Shown here: positions 57,537 to 64,000 of the stretch, one piece after another | Numbering within the stretch: position 1 is the first letter of the stretch | Layout of the letters: each line of letters opens with the position of its first letter | Source of the DNA: Eledone cirrhosa | Taxonomy: Eukaryota | Assembly (NCBI GenBank): GCA_964016885.1 | Contig: OZ024743.1 | Coordinates: 114,700,001-114,764,000 of the forward strand | Length of the DNA: 64,000 bases | Reading direction: 5' to 3' | Made by a program: the position numbers and the translations under genes | The notes under the pieces: generated by a model | Database searches by the model: none | What the model was told of the DNA's origin: nothing | What the model saw: the letters and a program-made list of their open reading frames with translations, nothing else

Positions 57537-60500
57537 TTCTTCTGGTTTTATAATTTCACAAAGTTTTACCAATAGAGAGAGAGTCAGTTTCTAACATAGA
57601 CACAAGACTCATTGGAATTTACACAACATCAACTAGGTAGATATGTATGTATGTCTGCATGCATGCATGTGTAGATATGGATGTGATTGTATGTGTGGAT
57701 GTGTATGTTTTGAGTTGTATGTGTGCATGTGTATATGCTTTGTATCTGTACATGTGTATATGCAGTTATTAGATGCAAATTTTTTGGAATGTTTTACATA
57801 TTTTTACTGTTCCATTAATGGATTGTACTTGTAATTTCCTAACTAGTTGTGTTCTTTCTGTTCCTGTGAAGCCGAGCTTCTCAAGATTTGTATTGAGGCA
57901 GTTACTAACATATTCCAGTGCCTCAATAATCACAGGTATAAATCTGAAGGTGTAATCAGGGTGGAGTATCTGCAGATTTCTCATCAGTTCTGCACAAATA
58001 TTCTCCTTTTCACTAATCTTTGATATTATATTGGCATCTGCTGGGCAGCTAATTTCCACTACTGTGCATGTTTTCTTCTCCCTGTCCCATATCATAATAT
58101 CTGGTCTGTTATTGGGGTTTTACTGGAACATTCCACCAGTACTCTTTCATATTATGTACATGGATCTCTTCCACATTGTTCTAGCTTTTAATGAGTTTAT
58201 TATCGGGGCTATCTTTTTTACGAACTGCATTGTACATTATTTTGGCCACTACATCATGCCTCATAGGTAGATAGTACCGCGATGACATCTTTGGGCAGCT
58301 GCTGATGACATGGGTGATATCCTCGATGTTAGTTCTGCAGAGTCTGCACTTGTTATCACATCTAGGTGTTTTGCCTGCATCCCTATCTCCTTTGTGAATC
58401 AGGTATTTCGTGCTAATCTCCTGTTCTTGGATTGCAAAAGCGTATCCTTCAAAGTGGGAGCCAATATAGCGGTTTTGGTCCAAGATAGACTACTTTCTTT
58501 ATCTATATTACTCTCACCCTGGAGCTTCCTGGCAACATATCCATGCATGATTTTTTGCTGATAGGCATGCAGTTTTTCATCCATGGATTCACTGCAATAC
58601 TGCTGAGCGACATCCTGGGTGTGAGTTTTTGATTATCACACAGGGAATATCTCTCAAGGAGTTCCTTCCCAACTCTCATGATCTGATCTGTTTCATGCAG
58701 ATAGACTTGCTTGAGAAACGGGCTCCTACGCTTCGAGGTTCGTAGATGTTGTCGGAAAGATATGATGCGACATTCAAATGTTGTCTGGACTGATGTTAGG
58801 CCTCTGCCTCCCTGCTTACGTTTCAAGTAAAGGCGGTCTATGTCACTGTTGATGTGGACGTTTCCGGTGTTGTTCAGTATTTTTCGAGTTCCAACATCAA
58901 CTGCTTCGATTTCGTCTATCGTCCAATTGAGTATTCCAAACGTTGGTGTTAGGACAGGCACAGCAAACACATTGTGAGCCACTGTTTTGTTTTGCGCAGA
59001 GAGTTCCGATGACCAGATCTTTCTTAATCGGATGTAGTATTCCCTGGTTACGCGTTCTTTATTACAGATACCATTATAGGATATGTTCTCATCTATCCCC
59101 AGGTATCTGTAACAGTCCTCATCAGATATCGGTGAAACAGTTAGACCATTGATGACAATTTTGCGTGATTGGGTTGTTGCTTTTCCCCGCTTTACAGTCA
59201 TGTATGAGCATTTATCTTGGCCAAACTCCATTCCTATATCCTTTGAGAACGTTGTAACCAGGTCAAGATAATTCTTCATCCCATCCATGTTCTTGGCATA
59301 GAGTTTCAGATCGTCCACAAAGAAGTTATGGGTTAGGTTCGTATTTCTGTCCTCCTGTGAGCCAATGATATATCCCTCACATTTCTTAAGCAGAAATGAC
59401 AAGGGGTTTAATTACAAGATGAACAATATCACAGAGAGACTGTCCCCCTGAAATATACCCTTGCAATATTTTATTTTATCAGTGAAAATAGAGTTCTCCA
59501 TCTCTGTCTTTAACCTTAGGATAGTAGCGCAAGAAGAAGACAGCCTCTCTATGGCTCTGACAATAATGTCTGGGACTTTAGCAAGTCGGAGAGCCTCTAT
59601 CATCCAAGAGTGGGGAACAGAATCGAAAGCTTTCTTGTAGTCCAGCCAGACGGTATTCATATTCCTCCTAAGTTATCGCACCTCCGACATCGCAGTTTTG
59701 TTGATTAGGAGTTGTTCAGCACATCCCCAAACCCTTTTCTTTCCAGCTGCTTGTTCATCTGTGATGATGTTATTATTTTCAGTGATCTTGGAGGAATAGG
59801 TTGAGGCAGGCTGTATACATCTTATACATCAGGTTCTGGCATGCAATGGGTCGGTAGTTGTTTGCCAAGTGGGTGTCTTTGTTCTTGGGGACCAGTAACG
59901 TTTGTGCTAATGTCAACCATTCTGGTATAAGTGTATCTCCCTTACGTACTTGTTGGTAGAGGTCAGTAAGATACCTCCGATAGAATATTTGTTTTTTGTA
60001 GCAGTAGCCGACAATCATGTCTCTTCCTGGTGTTTTCTTATCTTGGAGTTTTCCTATCACAGTCTCAAGGGTACCCTCACTTATTTCGTATGTTTTTGTT
60101 GTAGTGTTGGAGCAATAGTTCTTTCGGATTTCTCTTAGCCACACTGCATCTTGGTTGAAATTCTTCTTTTCACCCCATATTTTTCTCCAAAAGGAATCTA
60201 TGTCTTTCTGGGATGGGGCCTCAGTGACACTTATTATTTTGCCCTTCATATCTCTATAGACTGATGTTTGGTTTCCTCTGAATCTTTTATTAAGCATTTT
60301 TCTCTCATCTACCTTCTTCAGGTATCGGCGTTTTTCGCTAACAGCTCTCAATTCTTCTTTGAGGGTGATCAGCTTATATTGGAGAGTTCTGGTTCTACTG
60401 TTACCAAACATCGTCTCTATTTTATTTTTCACTCTTTGTTGGTGAGGAGTGAGGTTTTTTTGTGTTTGTTTGCATGTAAGGAGCATTATCACATGTCCTA

Positions 60501-61614
60501 TGTTTTTTCGTAGGTCAGCACTCTTTTTTTCTATTTTAGTTATATATGATGGTATTTTTGGTGGTGTTTTGTTCTTGTTAATATCTCTGCTATCACCAAG
60601 ATAATGCTTGACTGTCATTGCTAAGGCATATAAACAGGCGTTCATTTGCCAAAATGTTGGGGTTTTTATCCGTCGTAAATATTCATCCCCTATTTCGTCA
60701 ATAACACGTAGTATTTCATTATTTGGTTTTTTATTCACCATTATCATTTTTACACGTTCAGCCAGAGAGATATTTATACATGAGTTAATTTCTCTCTGGA
60801 AGATTTCGTTGAGGGAAATTTTCAATTGTTTATACTTCTGATTATCATTATCGATAGTATTTTCCACAACAGTCGAGGTAGACTCGGATGGTATACGTGG
60901 TGTCACATTTATTCGATTATTATTATTATTTCTTCGATTATTATTATTATCGATAGTGTTTTCCCCAGCATTCGAGGTAGACTTAGATGGTACAGGCATA
61001 GTTGTTCGACCTGGCTGCTAGGAAGTCTAGTAGCATGGCGATCTGTAGCACGTGTTGTTGATTCCATGTTTGTTGTGGGGGACTTACAATTAATAATATT
61101 TATCTTATTTTTACGTTCAACAAACGTCGCTTGTTGGCGTAATTGTTTCGCTGTGAAATAATTTAGCTCTGGGTGCATTTCGTCCCAGTGTAGCTTCATT
61201 CTATTCATATAGCCAATGGGGGGATTGTTTTTTGCCATTTTATAACAATTAAATAAATCATTATTAAGTTCGCAACTCCAAAAGAATGCGATTTATAATT
61301 TCGGTTTCTTCTGTAGCTACAACTGAATAAAGTTTGATTACCTTCTTTGTTATTTGTCTTCGATACTTCCTTAATTTTCTTGTTGATGTTGTGTTCAGCC
61401 ATGCTGTTTGTAGCAAATCCTTGTAAAATGAATTATGTATTTAGTCGGATATCTCTACGAATTCGAATAAAAGGTGTCTTCAGAAGGGATAGTTAGAAGA
61501 ATAACCAGTTATTGAACCTGGCTGTAGTTGTGGCATTACTGTCGGAGATAGTATTCATCTTAAATTTAATAAATAGTCTCCCACGCCAAAATATGCGACT
61601 GATCGCGTTGACTG
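57537..61614 (-). mobile_element. Full-length, frameshifted R4/Dong-type non-LTR retrotransposon in (CATA)n
   Basis: N-terminal GYMNRMKLHW..HP..QLRQQ; RT motifs NYRPIAC, WLDYKKAFDSVPH, GIFQGDSLS, FVDDLKLY, YRYLG, GGRGL; CRLC..ED..HV.SSC knuckle; RHD and EISCP RLE. No APE. TATG on both flanks. Confidence 0.93.
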
Positions 61615-61741
61615 ATGTATGTATGTATGTATGTATGTAAGATCATTCTCTCTCTCTATAATTTAACTACTTTACTCACTCTGTCGTTCTTCACTCTCTA
61701 TATGACAACACTGTTTTTGTTTACGTATCTCCCTTCAATAT

Positions 61742-61799
<58 letters not shown>

Positions 61800-62119
61800 T
61801 GAGAAATAGAGAGATTCAGAGAAAGATTTGGAAAACTACACACACACATCTACACAGAAAGAGACAGACAAACAGAGGGAGAGGAAGAGAGAGAGAGATA
61901 GGCCGTTAGACAGAGAGAGAGAGAGATACAATTAAAGTGCGAGTTATTCAGAGGACGAAAGATAAAGAGAGTCGGAAGGACAAGGTGACACAGGAGGGTG
62001 TGTGGTATCTTCGCAGTGGAGTGGTGGGGGCAGGTATAACTAGCCGAGCGCCAGCCGGACGGGTCATCTAGTATATATATATATATATATGTGTGTGTGT
62101 ATGTATATATATATATTAT

Positions 62120-62860
62120 GTCGGGTCACTCTTGAATGCTACTGGTAACATGTAAACCGCATGGTTGGGTCGTCGGTGATTAAACCGGCAACCCCACCAT
62201 GTTTACTTGGTGAGAAGAGTGATTTTGGACACCCTGCAGGATAAAGAACAAAACCTGACAAAGGGCGGAAGAACTCATGAGTCAACGGCCATCCAAAACG
62301 GTATAAATATACATATGCCTGTGCGTGAAGATTTTTTTAAAAATGAGGAACGACTGTGCATTCGCTTAGCGACAGTAGCTATAACCGGAAAAGAAGAAAA
62401 TATCAACATCATCGGTAACTACTGAGCCGCAGGTTTTATGTCGGAGTTATCCCAGTTTCCTGAGTTGTCTTCTCCTAGAAGAATGTCCCGAGAAAGGCTA
62501 GGGGTCCTTCACTCCGAGTGGTTTAACCGTGTGATCAGGTATCCAGGCCGACTATTTCTATATCCCCGCGCATATATATACATATGTATACATGTATATA
62601 CATATTTATACATTTTTGGATGGCCGTTGACTCTTATGAGTTCTTCCGCCTTTACATACATACATACATACATGTATGTATGTATGTATGTATGTATGTA
62701 TGTATGTATGTATGTATGTATGTATGTATGTATGTATGTATGTATGTATGTATGTATGTATGTATGTATGTGTGTATGTCACTCGTTCAGCGCATCGGTA
62801 GGGGTTCTCCTACATGGATATAAAGTAGTGGCCGTACTCGAAAACGAGTTGGCAGCCACC
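62120..62860. mobile_element. Diverged and partial copies of the ~608-bp element family
   Basis: gctactggtaacatg..gggtcgtcggtgattaaaccggcaacccc head; partial inversion 62612-62652; terminal piece 62778-62860 ending gcagccacc|atgt. Confidence 0.72.
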
Positions 62861-62879
62861 ATGTATGTATGTATGTATG

Positions 62880-63070
62880 TTCTTTTGGTTTTATAACTTC
62901 ACAAATTTTTTCCCAATAGAGGGAGAGAGTCGGTTTCTAACATAGACACAAGACTCTCATTGGAATTTACACAACATCAACTAGGTAGATATGTATGTAT
63001 GCATGCATGTATAGATATGGATGTTATTGTATGTGTGGTTGTGTATGTTTTGAGTTGTATGTGTGCATGT
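62880..63070 (-). mobile_element. 3' UTR fragment of the R4/Dong element
   Basis: tatg|ttcttttggttttataa...ggaatttacacaacatcaac, as at 2945 and 57537. Confidence 0.85.
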
Positions 63071-63384
63071 ATGTATCTATGTATGTATGTATGTATGTAT
63101 GTATGTATGTATGTATGTATGTATGTATGTATGTATGTATGTATGTACACACATGCATATACATACAGATATGTAGATAGAGATTTCTGGGTGGTTGGAT
63201 CATACGCACATACATATATTAATGTTACCAGTTTCATCGCTTAAATGCTTAGATTAGATTTCCTTTACTTCTAATATTTATTCCAACATAACCGTCATAG
63301 TAGCTTGTGTGTGAGTGTGTGTGTGTGTGAGTGTCTGTGTGTGTGTGAGAGTGTGTGTGTGAGTGTCTGTGTGTGTGTGTGAGA

Positions 63385-63473
<89 letters not shown>

Positions 63474-63714
63474 TGTCTGTGAGTGTGTGTGTGAGCGTGT
63501 CTGTGAGTATGTCATTCATGCCTTTGATGATATTTATGATAACGTTTTCATCTCACACTAATGTTTACATAATTCTCTCAATCTAATGATAGAAACACAT
63601 AATGTAAGCGTAACGTAGGAGAACTACACCATCAAATTTTATAGCTTGTCATCTGGTAGCATGAAATAATGCTTACTCTCGTTGTTTTCCTGTGTAGACG
63701 ACGAATTTTCAGAA

Positions 63715-63850
63715 TCGTTAGAACCGCGGTCTAATGCCATTCAATATTTGCTGCGGCTGTTAGCGCTCTGTGAATTCAAATAGTGTCGAGGTCAACTTTG
63801 CCTTTCATCTAGTCAAGGTTGATAAGAATACCAGTGCCGTACTGGTGTCC
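63715..63850 (+). mobile_element. Decayed tRNA-derived SINE
   Basis: gaattcaaat..gaggtcaactttgcctttcatc..gataagaataccagt. Confidence 0.6.
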
Positions 63851-64000
63851 ATTCTTCACCTAATCGTTTTTCTTACATGCTACTTCTCACTCTCTTATAA
63901 CCTCTCTGAGAGAAATAGGGTGCGTTCATTCCTAATGAGAAGATGGGCGCCGACATATTTAAAATTACCAAGACACGATGTATGTCACTACGGTGCCCTT

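Overview
Eukaryotic, AT-rich, microsatellite-saturated non-genic or intronic DNA. The SINE sequences and repeat density suggest an octopod cephalopod (inference). No host protein-coding gene can be supported; nearly all short ORFs are translations of (TA)n, (TATG)n, (CA)n or (GA)n. The real content is retroelements: a near-intact RTE LINE with a PHD-type finger inside its RT region (8.4-12.8 kb); a full-length decayed R4/Dong-type RLE element plus two 3' fragments, all joined to (CATA)n at the same phase; three decayed Penelope-like elements (PLEs; RT + C-terminal GIY-YIG); CR1 and RTE fragments; tRNA-derived SINE remnants; and a Tc1/mariner-type MITE. The main signal is more than 25 type I hammerhead ribozyme (HHR) motifs, read by eye, from a dozen or more unrelated short families. 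Almost all sit inside (TA)n in tandem and/or inverted arrangements. Several families form non-coding monomers of about 240, 318, 459 and 591 nt that resemble retrozymes. Four families use the rare U3-A8 catalytic-core pair, and one of them shows a C3-G8 / U3-A8 switch between subfamilies. A separate ~608-bp structured non-coding element is found in (ATGT)n. All folds and alignments are manual; coordinates may be off by a few bases.
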